Below, in pieces: positions 24,625 through 32,470 of a stretch of DNA of 38,909 nucleotides. Position 1 is the first letter of the stretch. Each line of letters opens with the position of its first letter. A model generated the notes under the pieces. That model did not search any database. It was not told the origin of the DNA and saw nothing but the letters and a program-made list of their open reading frames with translations. The translations under genes and the position numbers were made by a program. This DNA is from a virus: IMG/VR virus record IMGVR_UViG_3300038701_001143, positions 1 to 38,909 of that record; one strand, written 5' to 3'.

Positions 24625-24918
24625 TCAGCCATCGCCATCGCCATAGCCATCGCCATAGCCAGAACCATAGCCATCGCCATAGCCATCGCCATCGCCATAG
24701 CCAGAGCCATAGCCAGTGCCATAGCCATAGCCATAGCCATAGCCATAGCCAGAGCCAGAGCCATAGCCATCGCCATAGCCAGAGCCATAGCCAGAGCCAG
24801 AGCCAGAGCCATAGCCATCGCCATAGCCAGAGCCAGAGCCATAGCCAGAGCCAGAGCCATAGCCATTATCTTCTAAAGAATTTAACTCTGATGCATTCAA
24901 AACATATCGACTACTCAT
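24625..24918 (-). CDS. (X-Gly)40 Gly/Tyr/Ser/Asp repeat protein, 97 aa, unknown function
   Basis: The ATG at 24918 overlaps the upstream TAG (ATGAGTAG). Product is MSSRYVLNASELNSLED followed by 40 strict X-G dipeptides (18 Y, 12 S, 8 D, 1 N, 1 T). The track ORF extends to 24990. Confidence 0.55.
   Translation of the reverse strand: MSSRYVLNASELNSLEDNGYGSGSGYGSGSGYGDGYGSGSGSGYGSGYGDGYGSGSGYGYGYGYGYGTGYGSGYGDGDGYGDGYGSGYGDGYGDGDG
24628..24867. repeat. 240-bp hexanucleotide tandem repeat (GCCATA/GCCAGA/GCCATC units on the plus strand)
   Basis: 40 consecutive 6-nt units read directly. This keeps both the Gly-X frame and an Ala/Met/Leu frame open on the minus strand. Confidence 0.95.
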
Positions 24919-25285
24919 TATCCTGAGCCTCAACTGACCTAATAGACTTAGCTGCCTTTTTCGTACATACCAAAATTCCGCAAGCCTCAAGCATCACAGC
25001 ATCTTGACTCATTTCACAAGAAAACTTACAATCCTCTGCATTCCTTACGCCATATTCAGCCATGTCAGTCAAAACAAATCTAGAGTCATAGCGCCAAATC
25101 TGCCTAGCTTTTTTTAATGTCACAGTCTGTCCGCTAAATGAATGTAGGTAACCACTCATCACGCCTTGATTTCTACTTCTAACAATGACATATTTCAGCC
25201 CGTCTAGCTCATCAGGCTCACTACAAGCCGCGTCTTCTCGGATGTATTTCACATCGTCGATCATTAATGTTTCTGGTTTACTCAT
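24911..25285 (-). CDS. Hypothetical protein (terminase-adjacent family, possibly DUF6948-like)
   Basis: 124 aa. YVIVRSRNQGVMSGYLHSFSGQTVTLKKARQIWRYDS pattern that I recall next to terminases. Confidence 0.5.
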   Translation of the reverse strand: MSKPETLMIDDVKYIREDAACSEPDELDGLKYVIVRSRNQGVMSGYLHSFSGQTVTLKKARQIWRYDSRFVLTDMAEYGVRNAEDCKFSCEMSQDAVMLEACGILVCTKKAAKSIRSVEAQDNE

Positions 25286-25342
25286 TATTTCTCCTTGTTA
25301 AAACAGTATATTATTGTGCTCTTTTGGTGTGCAAGAATTAAT

Positions 25343-26626
25343 TTACGCGAAAAACAACGGCTTACCTTTCGGAAAAGCTAACTCAGTCAATCCATAAACT
25401 AAAGCGTCTAATCTATCGGGTGATTTCTGCTTGGGGTCACCTGTGAAATTGCACATTTGATATTCAAGGTCTTTAAAATTCCCAACATGATGCACCCGCC
25501 CATCTTCATACAATGAGCTAACCGGCTCGGCTCTCGTCATCTTTCCCTTTTTTGCCACAACACTATCAACCGGAGCATTTGGCAGAATCGTCTTGATTGT
25601 TAACTCCACAAGCTTATGACCCTGATTCACTTCAGCCACAATCTTATCGGCCTGATATTCATTGTAACAACCCACAATCGTCTTGGCCCATTCTAACGGG
25701 CTTAAATGGTCGCTTGCATCCTTGAGCACATAAAAGTGATTATCGAACCCTTCAGCCACAACCACAATTCCACACTCATCATTCTTTGCTTCACCTTCTG
25801 ACACTGACGGATCAACCGCAACGACGACGCGCCTTATCTCTGGCAATGAAAGCACTCGATAAGGTGATATCATTGTGTCCATTTTCCAAAGAGCGTTTTC
25901 GTTCTGGCTTGTCGGCAAACCCAGATAAATATGGTCGTATCTCGCGGGGTTTGCTGCTTTGACTCGCTCGGCCTTTTCTATGAATGAGGGGTGAAGGTTA
26001 TCAATGTTGTCTAGGTACGTTGTGTAGATGTAGAGCACATCGTCTTTTATTCCGTTAAAGGTTATATCAACGCCGGCATCTTGAAAGAATCGCTTATACA
26101 CGAAAGCGTCAATACTCGTAGGATTCCAAAGGAGAATATCGCGCAAATCCTTACCCTTTGTTCTGACTGAGTTTGATATTTTATCATAGGTTGATTCGTG
26201 CATCTCTGTGCCATCATCCGGCAACTCTTCACTTTCCTCTAACAAAAATGTGGTCAGACCATTGATTGATTTAAGACTTGCCGTTTGTATTCCGCTAGAT
26301 GTTTTAAGTCCAATAAAAAACATTTCTGATTGAGATTGTTTATTTAAATAAGTGTTATCAACAAGCTCAAAATCATCATACATCAACCAGTCACCAAATG
26401 GAGAGCTTGACATTTCCAACTTTTCAGAGAACTCTGGAATAATACTTTTTCTCGCGCTCGCCATCGTGTAGCGTGTGTTCGCTATTTTGTGCCCTGCTTG
26501 ATAACTTAAATCTCTCAGAAATGTTTGGGCTGCAAATGACTTACCAGAACCACGACCACCGGAAAGAATTGCAACTCTATATTCTTCACCCCATAAAGGC
26601 TTATATTTACTGCTTATCTTCATCAC
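25343..26626 (-). CDS. terL: Terminase large subunit (PBSX/Terminase_3 type)
   Basis: Walker A AILSGGRGSGKSF, Walker B-like FLLEESEE, and a C-terminal nuclease region VVVAVDPS...DECGIVVV...DRLDALVY. Confidence 0.9.
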   Translation of the reverse strand: MMKISSKYKPLWGEEYRVAILSGGRGSGKSFAAQTFLRDLSYQAGHKIANTRYTMASARKSIIPEFSEKLEMSSSPFGDWLMYDDFELVDNTYLNKQSQSEMFFIGLKTSSGIQTASLKSINGLTTFLLEESEELPDDGTEMHESTYDKISNSVRTKGKDLRDILLWNPTSIDAFVYKRFFQDAGVDITFNGIKDDVLYIYTTYLDNIDNLHPSFIEKAERVKAANPARYDHIYLGLPTSQNENALWKMDTMISPYRVLSLPEIRRVVVAVDPSVSEGEAKNDECGIVVVAEGFDNHFYVLKDASDHLSPLEWAKTIVGCYNEYQADKIVAEVNQGHKLVELTIKTILPNAPVDSVVAKKGKMTRAEPVSSLYEDGRVHHVGNFKDLEYQMCNFTGDPKQKSPDRLDALVYGLTELAFPKGKPLFFA

Positions 26627-26993
26627 TTATAAACTGATGAGGGGCGATAGATTTTATCTTGTCGCCTTTAGTGGTATGGTCAACTTCCTGCTTTTCACTG
26701 TACCCATGTTTCGCCAACATCAGCTTAGCAATCGACGCATTAAACTCGCCCATAATCCCGCCATTAACCAAAACCTTCTCCTGCATGGCACAAATTTGTG
26801 CTACGATGTCAGAAAAATCCTTTTTTGTATCGTCCTTAATCCAGTCATAAATCGTCTCTCTACTGATCCCCAAAAACACCGCAAGCCCCGCCACTTGGGG
26901 AAAAACGTCACCTTCAGACTCATAGTTGTGAAGGTAGTCATGAGCCTTTCGAATCAGCTCCTCGTTGTATTTTGTTGGTCGTCCTGTTCTCAT
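26607..26993 (-). CDS. terS: Terminase small subunit
   Basis: MRTGRPTKYNEELIRKA...VAGLAVFLGISRETIYDWIKDD...KLMLAKHGYSEKQ is a typical HTH TerS. Confidence 0.8.
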   Translation of the reverse strand: MRTGRPTKYNEELIRKAHDYLHNYESEGDVFPQVAGLAVFLGISRETIYDWIKDDTKKDFSDIVAQICAMQEKVLVNGGIMGEFNASIAKLMLAKHGYSEKQEVDHTTKGDKIKSIAPHQFISDEDKQ

Positions 26994-27358
26994 TCGTCTA
27001 TTCTATCACAATCTGTACTAAAACAATCATTTAATGAAAATGTACGAATCGGTTTTCTCTTAGATAGCGCATAAATCAACTCTTTTCTAACTCCGCTAGA
27101 CTCATCAACTCCATCAATATCAAGTATCCATAATTCGTCACACATATCAATCATGGCATAATCAATATTTTCCCATGTATCAAAACTCAATCCCATATCA
27201 TGCTTATTTGCGACTGGATGGGACTGAGCTATTGGCGATATGGGGCAGAACCCCATACCGATCAATTTTGAGCACCCGTCTAGGGCTAACTGGTACCTAG
27301 TTTCCATGACTGTCTTATCTGAATGGGTGTAAGGGCTAGCCATATATATAGTTTTCAT
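26990..27358 (-). CDS. DUF1937 / nucleoside 2-deoxyribosyltransferase-like fold protein
   Basis: IYMASPYTHSD...GFCPISPIAQSH...WENIDYAMIDMCDELWILDIDGVDESSGVRKELIYA pattern. TAATG and ATGA coupling to both neighbours. Confidence 0.5.
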   Translation of the reverse strand: MKTIYMASPYTHSDKTVMETRYQLALDGCSKLIGMGFCPISPIAQSHPVANKHDMGLSFDTWENIDYAMIDMCDELWILDIDGVDESSGVRKELIYALSKRKPIRTFSLNDCFSTDCDRIDE

Positions 27359-29733
27359 TACATAACTCCCATAATTTCAAATAAATCATCATGTTTGTCA
27401 TTTTGATTAATCTCAATAATATTTTTATTTTCAACTGGCTTTTTCTTCAATTTATTCGATTCAGTTTTATCATAAATTGGATCATCGCAAGGCCATAGCC
27501 TTTTCACATCACCGCTTGCTTCTTTTAGGTGCTCGTGAGCTGCATTGAAATAACTTGGCTTTAATTCACTTCCTTTAAATTTCCTACCCATTTCAAGAGA
27601 GACAACCCCCTCTGACCCAATGCCAGTAAATGGACTCAGTATAGTGTCATTCGGCAACGTCCACAATTCCAAGCATCTCTCTATCAAATCTAACTGAAGA
27701 GGGCAAATATGCCTTTCGTCTCTATCATCTCTTGCATGCTTAAAATTAAGAGTGTTTGACTGCCTTATGTTTTGCCATGTTGGTTGTGCTAAATTCTGCC
27801 ATCGGTCAACTGGGAATTGCTCTGGAGTATGAGACACAGGCTTTTTGTTAATTCCATCCTTTCTAAACGTCATTAGATAATCTGGTATACCTTGTCTATT
27901 CATAGCGCTATCCTTTTTTATCTGCTTCCATAATAGACCTAGAGCTTTGGTTCTTTGCATAGCCACTACTGGGCATTTCCATATAGTCACCTCTGACGCA
28001 TATATAAATCCATGTGACTGCATCATTTTGATTATTTCCCCCCTAAAGTCCCTAATGCCTATGAATCCATGCCTAGCTTTGGAAGTCGGCAAATTCATGC
28101 AATGAATTGATACTAGCCTACCTTCAGCCATTACTCTATAAAGCTCTTTTAGCATGAAGTCAAAATGTGTATAAAATTCGTTCTCAGATCTAGAATTTCC
28201 CATATCTCTATCATCATCAGAGTAAGTATATAGTGATGCGAAAGGTGGACTAAATATAGTGTAATCAATTGAGTTACTTTCTAAAGATGATACATAATCT
28301 ACACAATCACCATTATAAATTTCAAAATTATTATCTTTTTCAACTCTGCCGTTGCTTCTTGAGTCAATATTTAATTTTCTATCTTTCAATCCACCAGACT
28401 GAAAGCATCTCATGTGATCAATAATATTATCATACATAGACTTCATTTTATCATCTTTCACATTTATATTTTCAAGAACTGCTTCCTCAATATCGGCAGT
28501 GATAATATTTGCTGTGACTGATCTTTTTTGACCAAATCTATAACATCTTCTAACAGCTTGATAAAGCTGTTCATAAGAGTCATTTAAACCTACAAAAATC
28601 ATATTCGCGCATTGCTGCCAGTTCATGCCAAATCCCGCTATCTTTGGCTTAGTAATCAATATAGAATACTTACCAGAAGTAAATCCTAACAATCCATCCT
28701 TTTTGACACTATCCTTTTGTTGGCCAGATACCTCTACAACATCACTATATTTTTCACTTATGGCCTTGTGAATCATAGAACTCTCATCATTTAAATGACA
28801 CCAAATAAGTATGGGCTCATCTTCGCTATTAGATCTTATGTTATCAACTATATCTAGGCATCTATTAACTCTCTTTTCTATAGTATCTCGTCTAGCCCTA
28901 TTTCTACCAAGCAAACCCATTCCATTTTTTTCTAAATAGTCATTAATATCTAGTCCAGAATCAACTACATGATTTTTATAATTTAACTCTGGTAATTCAA
29001 AGTCGTTTTCAGGATGCCCAATATCCGATGGCCTTCTAAATATAACTGCCCAACTAGATACCCATGCCCAAAAATCCTCTTCACTATGTTTTTTAAGTCT
29101 CCATTTAGCACTCTCTTTGACATCATTTATAAAAAAAGTCGCCCACATTGACTCCTGAGACATGACCCCTAAAAATTCAGATTGACTTCCGAACTCCATA
29201 TAGTCATTTGGCGCAGGCGTAGCAGTCAAAGATAACCTATAATTAATATGGCTTATTTTTTCCATTACCATCATTCTGGTCTTGCTATCGCGGTGTTTAA
29301 GTATGCTCGATTCATCAAGAACTATCCCTGAAAACTCAGAAAAATCAATATTTTTTATCTGCTCATAATTCGTAACATAAACCCCATCTAAATTATCACA
29401 ATCTGAATCATAACGTTTAACATTAAGATTAAGCACTTCATTTGCTTCTCTCTGTGTTTGTTCAGCAATGCACAAAGGAGCCAATATAAGAACAGGCTTA
29501 CATGTCTCTATTCTTACGCGCTCTGCCCATTCGCATTGCATGATAGTCTTGCCCAATCCAGTATCTGCGAAAATCGCAGCTCTACCCTTTTTTAAAGCCC
29601 ATATAACAACATCTTTTTGATACCCAAATAATGATTCATGAACATTATCAACATTGAATCCAATGTCTTCCTGCACAACTCTCTTAGATTCTATAAAATC
29701 TCTGTATTCTGTGTTTAACATGTATCTCTCCAT
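27358..29733 (-). CDS. SNF2/SF2 helicase fused to a beta-class N4/N6 DNA methyltransferase
   Basis: Helicase motifs ADTGLGKT (aa 56-63), VLDESS (138-143), LTATPAPN, QAVRRCYRFGQ (392-402). MTase motifs SPPF (495-498), HICPLQ, LSPFTGIGSEG (699-709). The likely start is M5 at 29721 (GGAGAG 4 nt upstream). Confidence 0.8.
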   Translation of the reverse strand: MERYMLNTEYRDFIESKRVVQEDIGFNVDNVHESLFGYQKDVVIWALKKGRAAIFADTGLGKTIMQCEWAERVRIETCKPVLILAPLCIAEQTQREANEVLNLNVKRYDSDCDNLDGVYVTNYEQIKNIDFSEFSGIVLDESSILKHRDSKTRMMVMEKISHINYRLSLTATPAPNDYMEFGSQSEFLGVMSQESMWATFFINDVKESAKWRLKKHSEEDFWAWVSSWAVIFRRPSDIGHPENDFELPELNYKNHVVDSGLDINDYLEKNGMGLLGRNRARRDTIEKRVNRCLDIVDNIRSNSEDEPILIWCHLNDESSMIHKAISEKYSDVVEVSGQQKDSVKKDGLLGFTSGKYSILITKPKIAGFGMNWQQCANMIFVGLNDSYEQLYQAVRRCYRFGQKRSVTANIITADIEEAVLENINVKDDKMKSMYDNIIDHMRCFQSGGLKDRKLNIDSRSNGRVEKDNNFEIYNGDCVDYVSSLESNSIDYTIFSPPFASLYTYSDDDRDMGNSRSENEFYTHFDFMLKELYRVMAEGRLVSIHCMNLPTSKARHGFIGIRDFRGEIIKMMQSHGFIYASEVTIWKCPVVAMQRTKALGLLWKQIKKDSAMNRQGIPDYLMTFRKDGINKKPVSHTPEQFPVDRWQNLAQPTWQNIRQSNTLNFKHARDDRDERHICPLQLDLIERCLELWTLPNDTILSPFTGIGSEGVVSLEMGRKFKGSELKPSYFNAAHEHLKEASGDVKRLWPCDDPIYDKTESNKLKKKPVENKNIIEINQNDKHDDLFEIMGVM

Positions 29734-29747
29734 TCATGTTTAAAAAA

Positions 29748-29777
29748 AATATATTACAGTCAATCAAGCTCAATCAA
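29748..29777 (-). promoter_or_regulatory. Putative promoter for the helicase-MTase/terminase operon, with tandem CTTGATTGA repeats
   Basis: Minus strand reads cCTTGATTGAgCTTGATTGActgTAATATATT. -35 TTGATT pairs with -10 TAATAT (15 nt) or TATATT (18 nt). Confidence 0.35.
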
Positions 29778-29803
29778 GGGTTATTTTTAAAATATTTTAA
29801 AAA

Positions 29804-29884
29804 TCAATCACTAATCCACAATACCCCAAACATAAACCCAAAAACGCCGCCCATGATAACAGCGTACTCGTAGAATCCATACAT
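29804..29884 (-). CDS. Mini membrane peptide (26 aa)
   Basis: MYGFYEYAVIMGGVFGFMFGVLWISD. TAATG overlap with the preceding mini-ORF. Confidence 0.3.
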   Translation of the reverse strand: MYGFYEYAVIMGGVFGFMFGVLWISD

Positions 29885-29952
29885 TATTCTAATCCACGAG
29901 CTAAAAATATCAAAGCGACCGCTAGCATCAAGTTGACCAAAGCTAATATCAT
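29884..29952 (-). CDS. Mini membrane peptide (22 aa)
   Basis: MILALVNLMLAVALIFLARGLE. ATGA overlap with the stop of 29949..30131. Confidence 0.3.
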   Translation of the reverse strand: MILALVNLMLAVALIFLARGLE

Positions 29953-30131
29953 TTCAAATCCTTAACAGCATCCCTATAGCCATTTCTAAACCCCACCTTA
30001 TACCCATTAACCCTAACCACCTCCAGAGACAAATACAGCCAATTTGGCATCGTTTCAAGCGTCGCCTCGTCATGATAGCAAGATATTTGATTTAAAAGCC
30101 AGTCAATTTGCTCTTTGTTTAGTTCGCTCAT
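29949..30131 (-). CDS. Hypothetical protein
   Basis: 60-aa ORF in the coupled chain. Confidence 0.5.
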   Translation of the reverse strand: MSELNKEQIDWLLNQISCYHDEATLETMPNWLYLSLEVVRVNGYKVGFRNGYRDAVKDLK

Positions 30132-30298
30132 TTCAAAACCCTTATCCCTTCACTACTCTTATCCGCTTCAAACTCATTCGACCAAACATTAAGCAATTCT
30201 TGAATCATAGCGCAGCCCTCGCACTCTTCCGAATGCCCCTCGCTAATCTCGTCAATGGTGCCGATTAATTCCGCTAATTCGTCAAGTCTGTCTTTCAT
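30128..30298 (-). CDS. Hypothetical acidic protein (56 aa)
   Basis: Below the track cutoff. MKDRLDELAELIGTIDEISEGHSEECEGCAMIQELLNVWSNEFEADKSSEGIRVLK. AAGGAAGG SD upstream and ATGA overlap downstream. Confidence 0.5.
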   Translation of the reverse strand: MKDRLDELAELIGTIDEISEGHSEECEGCAMIQELLNVWSNEFEADKSSEGIRVLK

Positions 30299-30301
30299 AT
30301 C

Positions 30302-30454
30302 TCAACCTTCCTTTTTAGGATCAACAGATAAACCAATCCATAGTAACACCAAACTGGCAGCAAAAAGTGTATCTGGATCTTTTCCCATATATATACTTGC
30401 CATATATAAAAGGTAGCAGCAAGCCGATCCTACCCATAAAGTTCCTCTATTCAT
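30302..30454 (-). CDS. Small membrane protein (50 aa, two hydrophobic segments)
   Basis: MNRGTLWVGSACCYLLYMASIYMGKDPDTLFAASLVLLWIGLSVDPKKEG. ATGA overlap with the Lar-like gene. Confidence 0.4.
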   Translation of the reverse strand: MNRGTLWVGSACCYLLYMASIYMGKDPDTLFAASLVLLWIGLSVDPKKEG

Positions 30455-30627
30455 CTCTCCCTATTCCAACTCTTCCAAGCCTCTATCTCATTCGCTTCAA
30501 GTGGACCAGTAGCACCACAATCATCACAAATGACAGAGAAGTGGAAATTAATAAATCCTGCGTCATTTACAAACAGCTTAGTGGATGAACAAAAGGGGCA
30601 AGGTTTTCTTTCATTTTTTACCACCAC
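30451..30627 (-). CDS. Lar-family-like Zn-ribbon protein (restriction-alleviation family), GTG/TTG start
   Basis: ...KPCPFCSSTKLFVNDAGFINFHFSVICDDCGATGPLEANEIEAWKSWNRER matches CPFCG...C..CGA.GP....A...WN.R. There is no in-frame ATG; candidates are GTG at 30627 or 30624, or TTG at 30630. Confidence 0.5.
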   Translation of the reverse strand: MVVKNERKPCPFCSSTKLFVNDAGFINFHFSVICDDCGATGPLEANEIEAWKSWNRER

Positions 30628-30773
30628 CAACCTTTATAACGTCCATAAGTATCAACCGGATCTTCTCCGTTTTTCAATTCCTGCTTGAGCTTTGCCCGCT
30701 CCTCCTTGTGCTTCATTTTCTTCAAAAGCTTGGATGTTTGCGGGCCATCATGCTTGTCTAATTGCTCAGCCAA
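30618..30773 (-). CDS. Possible small basic protein ending in WWW (TTG start, or the ATG at 30714 giving 31 aa)
   Basis: Open frame LAEQLDKHDGPQTSKLLKKMKHKEERAKLKQELKNGEDPVDTYGRYKGWWW directly after the upstream TAA. Confidence 0.3.
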   Translation of the reverse strand: MAEQLDKHDGPQTSKLLKKMKHKEERAKLKQELKNGEDPVDTYGRYKGWWW

Positions 30774-31100
30774 TTAACCCCTATCTCCAACAACAACAAT
30801 CGACCTAAACAGCTCGTCGTGTTCTTCGCATAATATCAACTGGACTAAGCTTCCAAGCTTCCAATCGATTGATTTAATATGCTTAATAAACTCATCAAGA
30901 TTTAAATTCTTGTAAGCGCCACAGTAAAGATTAGCCTGAAGGTACTTGTCTCCACCATACCAACAACAATCATCAACATCATCAAAGCTAGCTAAACCAA
31001 TTTTACTGCAACTGAAGTATTCATTTATTTCGACAATCTTCTCATCTTCGTCATGCTCCACCGAGTTCATATTCAACATTAAACTTGTTACATTACTCAA
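30774..31100 (-). CDS. Hypothetical protein
   Basis: 108-aa acidic, Cys-containing ORF. ATGA overlap with the metallophosphoesterase stop. Confidence 0.55.
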   Translation of the reverse strand: MSNVTSLMLNMNSVEHDEDEKIVEINEYFSCSKIGLASFDDVDDCCWYGGDKYLQANLYCGAYKNLNLDEFIKHIKSIDWKLGSLVQLILCEEHDELFRSIVVVGDRG

Positions 31101-32470
31101 ACCTGAACCTCAAAACCCAACCTTTTAGAATATCCCTTCTCGTCCCATTTTGCCTGCCAAAGCTTACCATCAAGCAAAACTTTCCCTTGCTCGATATGGT
31201 GAAGATTGACATTAAAAAGCCCGTCACCCTCTTCATAAGCCACAGTAGAAAACCCCTGCTGCCAGTTCTGCCTAGTTCCGGCTTGAGGCACAAAATCACC
31301 CAATCGGCAAATCGTACCACAAGAAAACGCGCTGTTTGTCATCGGTTCACCCTTCTTATAAGTCGTTTTTGTGGCCTGTTCACACCTATGAATGTGACCA
31401 ACCATGCGCGAAACATGTGGGTCTTTTTGAATTATTCCCCCAACAGTGCCCCCACTTTTGCTGTTTGCTGTGTCACCATGAGAAAAGGCGAGATGGTCAT
31501 TTAAATAAAACTCATCTTGTGGATAGTTCTTGAAGTATTTCACCCCAATATCATCAAGGCCCAAGAAATACTCAAGTGAATAAGTGTACGGCGCTGACTC
31601 TTCAAAGTCCACCTTCCTAAGCCTCGACCCTTCAACATTAACCTCTTCCATGAAGTTCTTGAACCTCGCCTCATGATTCCCATAAATATAAACCATTTCC
31701 GGCGTATGGGCTCTCAAGTCATCAATAAACATTCTCAAAGTCTGAAGCGATGGCTGTACAGTGAAAAGCATTTCTGGGCTTTTAGCATATCGGCCAAAGT
31801 TTGGCAAATCAAGCATATCCCCGAGCATGATAATAACGTCAGGTTTAATCTCTGCCGCTATCTGAACAAGCAAATCCATCGCCCTAAAATCGTGATACGG
31901 CTGGAGAACGTTTTTATGTACGTCTATTCGATTATATCCAATCTGTGAATCAGGTACAACCAAGGCACGTTTGAGTTTTTTTCGCGATTTAGATACTTTT
32001 TTTATCGGTGCGCGATAATCCGGCCTGATTGCTTTGATCTCTGGGAACTTGCAAACCTGCGGAACTCTGGGCTTTGCCTCAATACGAACCTGAGCGTTTT
32101 GCTTTTCAGGTGGCCCCCATTTTCCAACTCGAAACCTTTCGATGATAATATCATCCTTATCAATCCCAAACTCTTTGAGCGTATCATCAACCGCTTTTTG
32201 TTTGTTCGTGGTGTCGATGATTGCGAGATTGTTGTCGCTTTGAATAAGCTCTGAAGTGTCCAAGCTTTTATCTCGGTTCTTCTCCATGACAATTATTCTA
32301 TCAAGCAGCTTTTTAGCATCCGCAGCATTCAGCTTGTAATGATCCATCAAAGCAGTCTTTCGACCTCCATTGGGACCATGTGGCAACTCACTGATGAATA
32401 GTAAAGCTTCTCGCGTTGATATTTTATTTTTCAAAGTACTAGCCTTGTTGTTGGAAGTCATTGAAAGCAT
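31097..32470 (-). CDS. Calcineurin-like metallophosphoesterase with a roughly 170-aa N-terminal extension
   Basis: Ordered motifs VVPDSQ (DxQ in place of DxH), LGDMLD, GNHEARF, SHGD, GHIHR. Confidence 0.65.
   Translation of the reverse strand: MLSMTSNNKASTLKNKISTREALLFISELPHGPNGGRKTALMDHYKLNAADAKKLLDRIIVMEKNRDKSLDTSELIQSDNNLAIIDTTNKQKAVDDTLKEFGIDKDDIIIERFRVGKWGPPEKQNAQVRIEAKPRVPQVCKFPEIKAIRPDYRAPIKKVSKSRKKLKRALVVPDSQIGYNRIDVHKNVLQPYHDFRAMDLLVQIAAEIKPDVIIMLGDMLDLPNFGRYAKSPEMLFTVQPSLQTLRMFIDDLRAHTPEMVYIYGNHEARFKNFMEEVNVEGSRLRKVDFEESAPYTYSLEYFLGLDDIGVKYFKNYPQDEFYLNDHLAFSHGDTANSKSGGTVGGIIQKDPHVSRMVGHIHRCEQATKTTYKKGEPMTNSAFSCGTICRLGDFVPQAGTRQNWQQGFSTVAYEEGDGLFNVNLHHIEQGKVLLDGKLWQAKWDEKGYSKRLGFEVQV

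Noticed and set aside
24615-24866. 83-aa ORF MAMALALAMA... in the track
   Set aside because: It is the alternative frame of the same hexanucleotide repeat. It starts inside the repeat with no SD or coupling. The Gly-X frame has a unique N-terminus and an ATG overlapping the upstream stop. I cannot fully exclude it without expression data.
24628-24867. Possible CRISPR array or non-coding satellite
   Set aside because: The period is 6 bp with no spacers, and the repeat lies entirely within an ORF that is coupled to its neighbour.
30044-30588. Plus-strand ORFs 30044..30268 and 30367..30588
   Set aside because: They are antisense to a chain of minus-strand micro-genes with overlapping stop/start codons and recognisable content (the Lar-like motif). 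Their sequences are Leu/Ser/Pro-rich and junk-like.
31085-32292. ORFs 31085..31504 (+), 31093..31320 (-), 31336..31533 (+), 31673..31948 (+) and 32002..32292 (-)
   Set aside because: All are embedded in alternative frames of the metallophosphoesterase gene, whose motifs validate the 31097..32470 frame.
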